Shown here piece by piece: positions 7,065-14,999 of a DNA stretch of 20,000 nucleotides. The translations under genes were made by a program, and so were the position numbers. Source of the stretch: an uncultured virus (IMG/VR IMGVR_UViG_3300035643_000181). Its lineage: Duplodnaviria; Heunggongvirae; Uroviricota; Caudoviricetes. The DNA is taken from the IMG/VR virus record IMGVR_UViG_3300035643_000181; one strand, 5' to 3'. Numbering within the stretch: the first letter of the stretch is position 1; each line of letters opens with the position of its first letter. The notes beneath the pieces were generated by a model, which was given only the letters and a program-made list of their open reading frames with translations, had not been told where the DNA came from and searched no databases.

Positions 7065-7535
7065 CTATATACTCCTGTTCATTTTACGTAATTTCTCGTC
7101 CCAGTCGGCCAAGTCACATTCCAATTGGAGGTCATCGGATATGTTCATAATTAGGTTATCTAGGGCACCCACCCATTTGAGGACATTTAACATCAGTGGG
7201 AAAATACCCTCCCATTTACCGATTAACCACTTACTAGCTTCCTGGTAATCAGTCGTCAGTATATGCACAGGAACAGGCACCGAAAATGAAACTCCCTGAA
7301 ATACCCCTCTCGCTATCTGTTCTAAACGTATTGGAGTACTCCAGCTATATTTACTACTACGTACATGTAATTCTGGTATTCTGCTCCAACGTTTACCCGT
7401 TGTGGGAAATTTTCCAGCATTAGCCATGAATTCCTTTAGCGTTGCCAGTGCATTGACTAGAGAATTTTCAAACTCCTCGTCAAAATCGAATTCTATAGCA
7501 TAACTCACTCCATTTGACCATCGGGCCTTATACAT
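7065..7535 (-). CDS. Hypothetical protein
   Basis: 156 aa; RBS TAGGAGGT. Confidence 0.75.
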   Translation of the reverse strand: MYKARWSNGVSYAIEFDFDEEFENSLVNALATLKEFMANAGKFPTTGKRWSRIPELHVRSSKYSWSTPIRLEQIARGVFQGVSFSVPVPVHILTTDYQEASKWLIGKWEGIFPLMLNVLKWVGALDNLIMNISDDLQLECDLADWDEKLRKMNRSI

Positions 7536-7544
7536 AGTAACCTC

Positions 7545-7787
7545 CTACAGAGTAAAGAGTGGTGGGTGCGATTTCTCATTCCTTTTACTACTTTTGGGGC
7601 ATGGTTTCAAAAAACCAGCATCCATTGCTGCCTGGTCTCGAGAATCATGTGGTTGGTCTCCAAAGACATTATGCCCGCTAGGACGCTTACATTTAACGCC
7701 GACCGGAGCATGACAAGTGGGACATGGTACTTCTAAGGCCGGGTCTCTGTCCCATTCTTGCCCACATTTAGTACAGCGTACGGTCAT
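7545..7787 (-). CDS. Phage-type Zn-finger protein
   Basis: CTKC plus CPTCHAPVGVKC...PHDSR, a CxxC-x7-C...H-x-x-R phage Zn-binding pattern. Confidence 0.75.
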   Translation of the reverse strand: MTVRCTKCGQEWDRDPALEVPCPTCHAPVGVKCKRPSGHNVFGDQPHDSRDQAAMDAGFLKPCPKSSKRNEKSHPPLFTL

Positions 7788-7790
7788 TAG

Positions 7791-8075
7791 CTATTTCCCT
7801 ATACACTTGGTGGCCACATAGAGGTAAATCTTTACCAAATCGTCAGACATTGGCTGAGTTAGGCTTAATGTATAGAGGTAGGCACAAGCTTCACTATCCG
7901 TACCGGTCATCTTCTCGCCGACAGCACCCTTGATGTTCATTATGAGACGGTCCTGGGTGATGGCATTCTTTATCCAGTCGGGCAAAGTATCTCCCCAACC
8001 GCCAGGGACGACGATGATAGGATCTACTAGGGCGCCTACAATGTTGGCAATACCTTCATCGATTTTCTCAGTCAT
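7791..8075 (-). CDS. Conserved hypothetical protein (DPII..GGWGDTLPDW...GTD.EACAYL), possibly C-terminally truncated
   Basis: ATG 8075 behind GAGGAG. Motif recalled from Chloroflexota mobile elements, where I remember homologues as longer (unverified). Confidence 0.7.
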   Translation of the reverse strand: MTEKIDEGIANIVGALVDPIIVVPGGWGDTLPDWIKNAITQDRLIMNIKGAVGEKMTGTDSEACAYLYTLSLTQPMSDDLVKIYLYVATKCIGK

Positions 8076-8077
8076 GA

Positions 8078-9097
8078 TTACTCCTCTTTTCTCCAGCCAC
8101 AGAATTGACACCAGCTCCCGTTTACCGGGTGTTTCTTCATCTTATACTCGCCAGGACAATTTTCCGGAGTCGGTCGCACCTCGAGTTTCGCCCACCAGTT
8201 ACCTACCATTGATGGGGGATTATCGATAAGCTCCTGGTCGGGTACAAATTGGGGGTAGTACTTCCTTATCGTACGGGTAGCCTGGTGGTTATCTGGAGTA
8301 GCAATCTTCTGGGCATATTCCTGTATTTCCTTGTTGGCTTGCTCTATAGCGAGCTTTTCCTTTGCTCTCCACTCCTCGGAGAAGCGTACGTCGTCATGGA
8401 ATCTCTGTAGTTTATAATATGGGACGGGATAAATTAGCATGTTATCTTCGGCCCGTTCGTCGAAGTAACAATGCTTCAAATGACCGAATACAGCCTTAAT
8501 CCACTCCTGAACTCGAGGATGGTCTAAGGGCAAAGGCTCGAATAATGTGTCGACATCCTCAAGCTCTTCATAGCCTTTACCCCACAGATAGTAGTAAGGG
8601 GGTCTGCTGGGTGAATTGCCATTCCCGGCATAGATAGTCCTGACGAAATACCGGGGGTGGTTTGGAGGCTCAAGGTAACAGGCGCATCCCTCATCTCCCA
8701 GATGATAGTTAGTTGGTAAATGGTAGTTGATCCATACCGGGGGGATGCGCTTCTTGACGAAGCACCATCCGACTAAGCCTTTGCTCTCAATAATGGGCTT
8801 AATTAACAACAGGTAGTCGTTCAGTCCGGGAATCTGGTTCAAATCCCTCTCTTTTCTTATCTTAGTATCAACCTCCAGGGCTAAAGCATTCTCGTGGGTA
8901 TGCTCGCTTGCCGTTAAATTGCAATCAGGAGCAGAACACGGAGCGCTCGGACCGATAATTCCAGTATCGCTACAGGCCCGCATGGTCTTATTACCGATGA
9001 CAAACACATGCGGGTTAAAATTGACAGGCATTACCTCTTTAATAGATACGCCTTCAATATGGGGTTTCGGTATGTCCGAAATGATGATAGTTGTCAT
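8078..9097 (-). CDS. Hypothetical protein, apparently two fused domains, with C-terminal CP...H...CxxC Zn site
   Basis: 339 aa; RBS AAGGAGGA. Confidence 0.8.
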   Translation of the reverse strand: MTTIIISDIPKPHIEGVSIKEVMPVNFNPHVFVIGNKTMRACSDTGIIGPSAPCSAPDCNLTASEHTHENALALEVDTKIRKERDLNQIPGLNDYLLLIKPIIESKGLVGWCFVKKRIPPVWINYHLPTNYHLGDEGCACYLEPPNHPRYFVRTIYAGNGNSPSRPPYYYLWGKGYEELEDVDTLFEPLPLDHPRVQEWIKAVFGHLKHCYFDERAEDNMLIYPVPYYKLQRFHDDVRFSEEWRAKEKLAIEQANKEIQEYAQKIATPDNHQATRTIRKYYPQFVPDQELIDNPPSMVGNWWAKLEVRPTPENCPGEYKMKKHPVNGSWCQFCGWRKEE

Positions 9098-9151
9098 GAA
9101 ATCCTCCTTTCTTTTGGATTATTACTGGCTCGCGGTTACATTTCGGTCTAA

Positions 9152-9778
9152 TTACACATCACCTCCCTTCAGTCTTTTTCCTTTTTTGTTAATACCAAGC
9201 TCGCGCTCGGCTCTTCGCCTGTTATCAATCGGCACAAAGGCAGGTGCCACCTTTTCAATCGCTAGGAAAATCTCCGCTGTATATGGCATCAACATATCGT
9301 AAGGAACATTGGCCAGCCAGGAAAGTTGCTTCACATCAACCAATCCACGATCTCTCATCGTTAGATTTGTAACAACCCTCGCAGCATCAAGGCTCAACTT
9401 TAGCTCAAATACCTTACTACTCTGATCAGGATCCGGGCAATAACCACACATAGTTCTCCGAAGTTCATTCCAGCCTTCATCATACAAGCCATTACTAGGT
9501 CCTTCGTAGACATACGGCTCTACGGCTTCAAAGACCCATCTCGTCGGGTCCACGATAGTTCCATCCCCTCTTACAACCCAGCCATGCCGGCAGAACCCCA
9601 AATTCCTCATGTGTGCGAAGTTTGACTTCTCATTGATTGGACCTAGCCAATGCCCATAGACGGCAATCCCATCTACAAGACCTTTCTCCACAATCGCACA
9701 TGCAATCGCGTAACAAAATCCTGCCCAGTCTCGGGCATCCTCACCTGTAGCCTTCTCAATCTGCTCAATAGTCAACAT
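9152..9778 (-). CDS. Transglutaminase/papain-like protein with a Cys-His-Asp triad
   Basis: ATG 9778 coupled to the upstream TAA (TAATG). GFCYAIA...RHGWVV...IVDPT gives the C...HxW...DPT spacing. Confidence 0.65.
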   Translation of the reverse strand: MLTIEQIEKATGEDARDWAGFCYAIACAIVEKGLVDGIAVYGHWLGPINEKSNFAHMRNLGFCRHGWVVRGDGTIVDPTRWVFEAVEPYVYEGPSNGLYDEGWNELRRTMCGYCPDPDQSSKVFELKLSLDAARVVTNLTMRDRGLVDVKQLSWLANVPYDMLMPYTAEIFLAIEKVAPAFVPIDNRRRAERELGINKKGKRLKGGDV

Positions 9779-10023
9779 TATACTTTTTTCTTCTTTCTCT
9801 TTTGAACTAGCTTTTCTGCCTTCTCCCTTGGGGTAACAGCCCAATTCTGCAGCGACCGGGTAGTGCCATTGATTACCCGGATCGTCTCGGTAAGCTTCTT
9901 TTGGAGTTGCGGCGGTAGCCCACCGGAATCGGCTGTGGTCTTAATGTGATTAAGACGGTCATGAATCTCCTTCAGGTTCTCCAGGAGATAATTTTTCTGC
10001 CAAGACTTTTGAGCTTCCCGCAT
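9778..10023 (-). CDS. Small basic helical protein
   Basis: ATG 10023 behind GGGAGGT; Lys-rich tail. Confidence 0.7.
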   Translation of the reverse strand: MREAQKSWQKNYLLENLKEIHDRLNHIKTTADSGGLPPQLQKKLTETIRVINGTTRSLQNWAVTPREKAEKLVQKRKKKKV

Positions 10024-10040
10024 GGGGGTACCTCCCTTCA

Positions 10041-10334
10041 CTAGTCCTGTTCCCAGGTGAAGAACACATCTTCGTTTGGGTCTTTAGCAAACTTATTGCA
10101 CAGCTCATTCAGTTCCTTGATGAACTGGCTTGGCTTACTGGTAACGATGGTTAAATTCTGTACCTTGATTGTCGCAATCTTTTTCAGGAAATCATAGTTG
10201 TTCTTCGCAAATGTAATAGCGCCATCTTTGTCTTTGAACTCCTCAAGTACTCTACCATCTGGTGTAACAACCTGCCATCTCCAATAGACATAACTGAACA
10301 TACTTTTCAAAATTTTCAAATTATTGACTTGCAC
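10041..10334 (-). CDS. Hypothetical protein
   Basis: GTG start behind GGGAGGTG; 97 aa. Confidence 0.7.
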   Translation of the reverse strand: MQVNNLKILKSMFSYVYWRWQVVTPDGRVLEEFKDKDGAITFAKNNYDFLKKIATIKVQNLTIVTSKPSQFIKELNELCNKFAKDPNEDVFFTWEQD

Positions 10335-10354
10335 CCTACACCTCCCTTCTAGCG

Positions 10355-10372
10355 CTTAGCCTTAGCCTTAGC
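10355..10372. repeat. Tandem hexamer (CTTAGC)x3
   Basis: Three exact copies between two ORFs. Confidence 0.8.
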
Positions 10373-10373
10373 A

Positions 10374-10784
10374 TTAAGCCTTAACCTTTTCTATCTTGTC
10401 CAATAGAGCCTGTATTTCCTGGGAAATATCCTCATCGGCCACCTCTTCAAGCTCTTCAATGTTGGACTTACCAAAGCCGACACACAAGGCTATCAGGGCC
10501 AACTCTCTGACTGTAAATTCTGGAATGATAGGCGGTTCCCTCCCACCACAGTACTCTATCCACTCAGGAGTAGGAGAGGCTAGTTCTTCCAGTGGTTCCA
10601 ACTCAATTTCTGCCCGCATTTCATTAACCTCTTCCAGGGTCATACGGGATTCTTTAGAATAATATAACAAGCCACAGTCCAAACACTCTCCGGAAACAAC
10701 ATCATAGGGTTTCCAATCTGAATAGCACTGTAGATTGGTTCCCCCGCAACGCGGGCATATGGTATCGTAGCTACATCCAGACAT
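10374..10784 (-). CDS. Zn-ribbon protein (CPRC...CLDC) with acidic helical C-terminus
   Basis: 136 aa; RBS AGGAGGT. Confidence 0.8.
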   Translation of the reverse strand: MSGCSYDTICPRCGGTNLQCYSDWKPYDVVSGECLDCGLLYYSKESRMTLEEVNEMRAEIELEPLEELASPTPEWIEYCGGREPPIIPEFTVRELALIALCVGFGKSNIEELEEVADEDISQEIQALLDKIEKVKA

Positions 10785-10802
10785 ATATTACCTCCTGTCT
10801 TT

Positions 10803-11117
10803 TTACAACCTTCCCTTTAGTCTAGCGACCTCGCCCAGCTTCTTGGGGAAGCCACCATGCAGATCTCTTTCAATTCCCAGGCCAAAATGTCCCTTAATTG
10901 ATTGCAGTTCGGCCAGGCTAAAAGTGCCCCACTCGAGTTCGAAGCCGTCAACCAATCCGAAAAAGATATCTTCGCCGTCAAATTCCGTGGCGTACCAGGT
11001 CCAACTGCCAGTCGGGTTAAAGAACTTCACTACGCAAATTGTTTCCTCTGGTTCCTTACCTTCCCGAGACCCGATGTTCTTAAATTGCTTCCGAATTTCT
11101 TGTGTCATTAGTTCCAT
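10803..11117 (-). CDS. DUF2958 family protein
   Basis: VVKFFNPTGSWTWYATE...FFGLV.G.E.EWG.FSL.EL...GLGIERDLH is the family signature. Confidence 0.9.
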   Translation of the reverse strand: MELMTQEIRKQFKNIGSREGKEPEETICVVKFFNPTGSWTWYATEFDGEDIFFGLVDGFELEWGTFSLAELQSIKGHFGLGIERDLHGGFPKKLGEVARLKGRL

Positions 11118-11135
11118 ATTGCTCTCCTTGCTTAA

Positions 11136-11393
11136 CTATTCCCAAAAGCTGGAGCCGAGAAGATACTCAGCATCCTCCAGTTCGGCAGCCAGGCCGTCTA
11201 TATCATCACCAAGTAAATCGCTTAAGACTGCTGTTGCCTGGGCCCGGAAGGGACGTTTCTTAACTTCTTTCCCGTGACAAGCCGGGCAATCTTCTCCTTT
11301 AAAGAAACGTTCCTTTTCTTCAGGAGTCATGTCGCCGTGGCGCGCTCCATAGGCATCCCACGGCTCGCCGCACCTCTGGCAGTAGATATCCAT
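11136..11393 (-). CDS. Conserved phage-type Zn-binding protein (MDIYC..CGEPWD...CPAC)
   Basis: Two CxxC pairs and an acidic tail; RBS GGAGGGAG. Confidence 0.8.
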   Translation of the reverse strand: MDIYCQRCGEPWDAYGARHGDMTPEEKERFFKGEDCPACHGKEVKKRPFRAQATAVLSDLLGDDIDGLAAELEDAEYLLGSSFWE

Positions 11394-11394
11394 T

Positions 11395-11658
11395 TTATTC
11401 TCCCTCCCCTTTTAAGGTTTGAGCAACTAGCCGTCCTTCCTCAGTAACAGCATAGAAATACCTGTCCTTTACCATGCGTCGAATTAAGCCTCTCGTTTCC
11501 AATGCTTTAAGGCTCTGAACATCACCTGCACCCCCAATGCCATTTTCCCATCTTGCACCAGGGACACAATATCGCCTTAGATTTTTAAGGTGTTCATCTC
11601 CTTCTGTGTCTCTGTCAATTAAGAGAAGTAGCTTTTTGGCATTATCTGATAATTTCAT
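11395..11658 (-). CDS. Winged-helix-like protein
   Basis: LKALETRGLIRR...YAVTEEGR is a typical wHTH wing motif. Confidence 0.7.
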   Translation of the reverse strand: MKLSDNAKKLLLLIDRDTEGDEHLKNLRRYCVPGARWENGIGGAGDVQSLKALETRGLIRRMVKDRYFYAVTEEGRLVAQTLKGEGE

Positions 11659-11688
11659 TTTTTTGCCCTCAAACTTTGTTACTTATGC

Positions 11689-11991
11689 TTAGAGTATAAC
11701 CCAGGGAATTATAAACCCGACAACTCCCCCGGCTAACTCGATAAGGAAGATTCGCCAGGGGATAGGTGCCCTGCAGTAGTGACACCGGCCGCGCAGCCAG
11801 AGGTAGCTGAAGATGGGGATAAGGTCTACTGGGCCGAGCCGGTGGCCACAGGCAAAGCAATGTGAACCTGGACGAACGATAGACTGATGGCTCTGGATTC
11901 GGTCGACAACAGTAATAGTGAATGAGGCCAGTACTGCTCCGACGATGGCCATAAAGATAGAAACGGTTAATCTTACAGGCTTCTCCATCAA
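11689..11991 (-). CDS. Stand-alone prepilin peptidase (PilD/A24) N-terminal Zn-binding domain
   Basis: VGAVLASF...DRI...SIVRPGSHCFACGHRL...DLIPIFSYLWLRGRCHYCRAPI..R...IEL. The C-terminal aspartic peptidase domain is absent (100 aa). Confidence 0.9.
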   Translation of the reverse strand: MMEKPVRLTVSIFMAIVGAVLASFTITVVDRIQSHQSIVRPGSHCFACGHRLGPVDLIPIFSYLWLRGRCHYCRAPIPWRIFLIELAGGVVGFIIPWVIL

Positions 11992-12173
11992 GGTCTATCC
12001 TTAAAGTATCTGCCTATGTCAGCCAGGATTTGCTCTTTGGTGGCTCCGGTAGCACTCCATGTAAGTAGTACCTGGCCATCCTTCATAAGATGAATAGTAT
12101 GCTCTTCCTCATGCAAATAGTAACCGGCAAGTTTTTGCTCCGGCGTTAACCATAAAGTAAGCACTTCAGTCAT
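11988..12173 (-). CDS. Hypothetical protein (61 aa)
   Basis: RBS GGAAGGAG; ATGA overlap with the next gene. Confidence 0.7.
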   Translation of the reverse strand: MTEVLTLWLTPEQKLAGYYLHEEEHTIHLMKDGQVLLTWSATGATKEQILADIGRYFKDRP

Positions 12174-12202
12174 TCTTATCTCCTTCCTTTACTAAGTGCT
12201 GG

Positions 12203-12226
12203 GGGGGCAGAGTTATCTCTGCCCCC
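12203..12226. terminator. GC-rich hairpin downstream of the beta-clamp gene
   Basis: GGGGGCAGAG-TTAT-CTCTGCCCCC, perfect 10 bp stem. No U tract on the minus strand, so it may be a stabiliser or weak terminator. Confidence 0.5.
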
Positions 12227-12233
12227 TTACAGC

Positions 12234-13355
12234 CTACCCCTGAACCTGCATGGGCATTATCACCACCACTGGTGTCCGATCGTAGCGGAGAAGTACCGGT
12301 GAGCTTTCATTTGTGGTGCTGATGATGACCGTACTCTCCTTCCCCTTGAGGTAGTCAAGCAGGTAGGAAATCTGCACTGCTGTTTTCCCAGGACCACCCT
12401 CGGCTCTGACATCGATTTTTGTCTCGACGTTGGCGTTATCCGAATCGTGTGCCGAGACGGTCATGGTGGTATCATCCCAGCTGAGCCTCGCTGCCCCGGA
12501 GCCATTCTTAGAAATGTTCTTTATCCGGTGCAGCGCTCGGTTGAGCTCGTCGGCAAAGACCTGCACCTTGAGCGGCGGATCCGTGGGAATTAGCTGGTTA
12601 ACATCGGGATACGTTCCCTCGATTAACTTGGTGAACAGGTTTACCTTGCCAAAGTGGGTCACGAAGAATCCTTTGCCCAAAGATGCCTCGATTTGCCTCT
12701 TGCCGACAATCTTGGAGATTAGGGAGTCATCCGTATCAGGTAAAGGAGGAGGACTCTTGTGCCACAGGTGTTCCAGAATCTCCACAGTCTCCAACGGGAG
12801 GATTATCTTCTCCTGGGCTGGAAAGGATATTGGCAGTGCCTGGTAGGCCAACCTGAAGCCATCCGCAGCGGTTACTACCACGCTGTCCCCCAGGGACAGC
12901 AATATCCCGCGAAGCACTGGCCGCTTATCATCAGTAGCGCAGTAGTAGATTACCTCTTTTAGTGTTTTTACCAGGAGGTCTCCGTCAAGGGTACCTCCTA
13001 CCTTTGCCTGTATCTCAGGAACGGGTGGATAGTCGTCAGCATCAGCAGATTGATAACTGGCGCTGCCTCCATCCCAGGCAATTTTAACGTGGTGGTTTTC
13101 TGGTGCAATAGTCAGCATATTCTCCCCGGGCACATACTTAAGAAGTTCCTGGACCTGCCGAAAGGGGAGAAGGCAATCCGTATCTGCACCAGATAAATTC
13201 ACTATGACTGTCACCTCGAGATTAGAGGCCATTGCCTTACCATTACCAAGCCGGATGCTCTTCAGGACAGCAAGGGTAGGTTTCTTTGGCACTACCGGGT
13301 GGAGTAGGTTCATTGCTTCTCTCATTTTATCTGCTCGTATCTCCATAGGCATCAT
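12234..13355 (-). CDS. dnaN: DNA polymerase III beta sliding clamp (element-encoded)
   Basis: 373 aa. PTLAVLKSI, ASNLE, DYP, ATDDKRPVLRGI, AADGFRLA, KLIEGTYPD..QLIP, YLLDYL and C-terminal VIMPM are DnaN hallmarks. Confidence 0.95.
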   Translation of the reverse strand: MMPMEIRADKMREAMNLLHPVVPKKPTLAVLKSIRLGNGKAMASNLEVTVIVNLSGADTDCLLPFRQVQELLKYVPGENMLTIAPENHHVKIAWDGGSASYQSADADDYPPVPEIQAKVGGTLDGDLLVKTLKEVIYYCATDDKRPVLRGILLSLGDSVVVTAADGFRLAYQALPISFPAQEKIILPLETVEILEHLWHKSPPPLPDTDDSLISKIVGKRQIEASLGKGFFVTHFGKVNLFTKLIEGTYPDVNQLIPTDPPLKVQVFADELNRALHRIKNISKNGSGAARLSWDDTTMTVSAHDSDNANVETKIDVRAEGGPGKTAVQISYLLDYLKGKESTVIISTTNESSPVLLRYDRTPVVVIMPMQVQG

Positions 13356-13515
13356 CTCCTTTCTTTTAACATTCCCACCCTCTCCTAAGTCGACCCCATG
13401 TGGGGCTAGTGGTCTCTGTCTATCACCATTGACAGCTTCACAACCCTTAGCTTTCTTCCACCAGTATTTCAGATGGTATTTGGTATCAGGTAGCTGTTAC
13501 CCCATAATATGCAAT

Positions 13516-13821
13516 TTAGAACAAGCCGCGCTGGACTTCGCCTTTAGACGATTGAGTTTCAGATGCTCGTTTTCCTGACCCTGCCGGCCGCTGAGTCGCC
13601 ACCGGTGCTGCCGGCTGCTGCTTAAGCTCGGTTTCGCACTTGGGATAGGTTTTAGCCTCAGCCCACCGCGCCCTGGCTCGCTCTAGCAACTTCGGTATCT
13701 CCTCCAGAATTTCATCGAGGTCACCCTTAACCAACGAGATAATTGGGTCACACTCTGGTGCCTGGATACCTACCGTTGCCCGGCTCCCTTTCAGTACAAC
13801 GACAATCTTCACTTCTTCCAT
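13516..13821 (-). CDS. Hypothetical protein with disordered tail ending in a clamp-binding-like motif QRGLF
   Basis: RBS AGGAGGTG; folded N-terminus, Pro/Ala/Ser-rich linker, terminal QxxLF. Confidence 0.8.
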   Translation of the reverse strand: MEEVKIVVVLKGSRATVGIQAPECDPIISLVKGDLDEILEEIPKLLERARARWAEAKTYPKCETELKQQPAAPVATQRPAGSGKRASETQSSKGEVQRGLF

Positions 13822-13851
13822 AGCCCACCTCCTTTCCTTATGACTTCTTAA

Positions 13852-14139
13852 TTAATCATTATCCCTCTGTTTTTCCTCTTCCTCTGTCATTACTCTGGCT
13901 GCCCCCTCCTCCACCATATCATCCAGAACACTTGATATTACCGCCCAGGAGATACCCACCTCTGCATCCTTATGGCGGTCTATCCTCTCCAGGACCTCCT
14001 TGGCGTTCTCTTCGGATATTACCACTCCATCTTCTTTAGCCTGTTGCATGACATCCTCTACCTGCCAGATATCATAGGCGACTACATCATCAGGATTGTA
14101 GCCTTGTAGATGTTCAATCACTTCTTTTATTGATGGCAT
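13852..14139 (-). CDS. Acidic conserved phage/plasmid hypothetical protein (IW.VEDV...A.EVL...D...GISW)
   Basis: RBS GGAGGT; motif recurrent in small phage/plasmid ORFs. Confidence 0.8.
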   Translation of the reverse strand: MPSIKEVIEHLQGYNPDDVVAYDIWQVEDVMQQAKEDGVVISEENAKEVLERIDRHKDAEVGISWAVISSVLDDMVEEGAARVMTEEEEKQRDND

Positions 14140-14159
14140 TCACTTACCTCCTTCCTTCC

Positions 14160-14450
14160 TCACACTTGTCCAATAGATTGTCGTAAGCTATCCAACATTA
14201 CCCTTAATACTAATTCAGGTCCATATCCCTCAATCATTTTAGATACGGTTCTTATCCAATCGTCATCATTAATAATGGCAGGATATTCGGCTAATCCCGC
14301 ATAGATAGGATTTACAAGCAAAGCAAATACCTTTGGGCCAGTAAAGTGAGTCTCTCCAGCAGTTGGAACAGGGATAGGCCCACTTTTTAATGCCTCCTCA
14401 ATCTCTTTCTTGTCTTGGATTAGCTTTAATAATTCGTCAAAATTAGACAC
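14160..14450 (-). CDS. Hypothetical protein
   Basis: GTG start behind AGGAGTAGAG; 96 aa. Confidence 0.7.
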   Translation of the reverse strand: MSNFDELLKLIQDKKEIEEALKSGPIPVPTAGETHFTGPKVFALLVNPIYAGLAEYPAIINDDDWIRTVSKMIEGYGPELVLRVMLDSLRQSIGQV

Positions 14451-14473
14451 CTCTACTCCTTTCTAAACTTACT

Positions 14474-14703
14474 TTACGATGGGTGAACCTTGGTGTAGCC
14501 GGTGGGTATGATGTAGTACCACTCTTTGCCGACCGGGCTATCATGATGGAAGTTCTGGAGAGCCAGTCCCTTCCCGTAGTTGAAGATATAGAAGGTGCAG
14601 TCGGTCTTCGGGAGAATCTCCTGGAGGAACTTCTTGCCATCGTGGGCCTCGAAATATTTGTGACCGCCAGCCGAAGTTTTCGACTACCGCTCTCCAGTAG
14701 CCA
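14474..14703 (-). pseudogene. Start-less, frameshifted gene remnant (GYWRAVVENFGWR / GHKYFEAHDGKKFLQEILPKTDCTFYIFNYGKGLALQNFHHDSPVGKEWYYIIP)
   Basis: Strongly protein-like 69-codon frame 14683-14474 with C/G-ending codons and no start. A protein-like piece in another frame precedes it. Confidence 0.6.
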
Positions 14704-14983
14704 TGACCCCATCGGAGAGTTCCTTCACCACTCTGAACATGGGCTTCCCACCTTTGGAGAATTTGACTGCCCCATCGGGAGAGTAGGCTAACCGTATCGG
14801 ATAGCCGAGACTGTCCGAAGCGATAGCTGTATCGCCCTGCACATTGGAAGCGGTGAAAAACGGAATCCAGACCGTCTCAAGGTCAATTCCCCAGACCTTC
14901 CTTCCCTGTGGCTTCTTTGCACTCTTCTGCAATAGTGCCTTAATATCCAATGGAGTATTGTAGCTACCATTACCTTTTGGCAT
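14684..14983 (-). CDS. Conserved hypothetical protein, first gene of the long leftward run; probably 3'-truncated by fusion to the remnant
   Basis: RBS GAGGT. RKVWGIDLETVWIPFFTASN...G.P.RLAY..DG.VKFSK.GKP motif recalled from Chloroflexota elements (unverified). Confidence 0.7.
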   Translation of the reverse strand: MPKGNGSYNTPLDIKALLQKSAKKPQGRKVWGIDLETVWIPFFTASNVQGDTAIASDSLGYPIRLAYSPDGAVKFSKGGKPMFRVVKELSDGVMATGER

Positions 14984-14999
14984 TTCTCATATACCTCAC

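Noticed and set aside
10355..10372. (CTTAGC)3 as a functional phase-variation tract
   Set aside because: Intergenic, only three units and a multiple of 3; most likely slippage or an eroded Ala-Lys coding tail.
12234..13355. Chromosomal oriC region (dnaA-dnaN-recF)
   Set aside because: No dnaA, recF or gyrB next to it; the flanks are small phage/plasmid-type ORFs.
13360..13510. Hidden ORF or N-terminal extension of dnaN in the intergenic gap
   Set aside because: The frame is open for a stretch but has no ATG before an upstream TAA, and dnaN has its own AAGGAG RBS at the annotated start.
14443..14791. ORF-track calls 14443-14712 (-) and 14483-14791 (+)
   Set aside because: Shadow frames of the more protein-like start-less minus frame 14683-14474; no convincing RBS.
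5765..14983. Amber (TAG) stop-codon reassignment, suggested by in-frame TAGs at 14684 and 5867 and by in-frame gene junctions at 7065, 7545, 7791 and 11136
   Set aside because: Long conserved genes (dnaN, ATPase, DUF5131) have no internal TAG; dnaN ends at TAG right after its canonical C-terminus; TAA-ended genes are also often in frame with the next gene; and TAG often just overlaps the TAGGAGG RBS.
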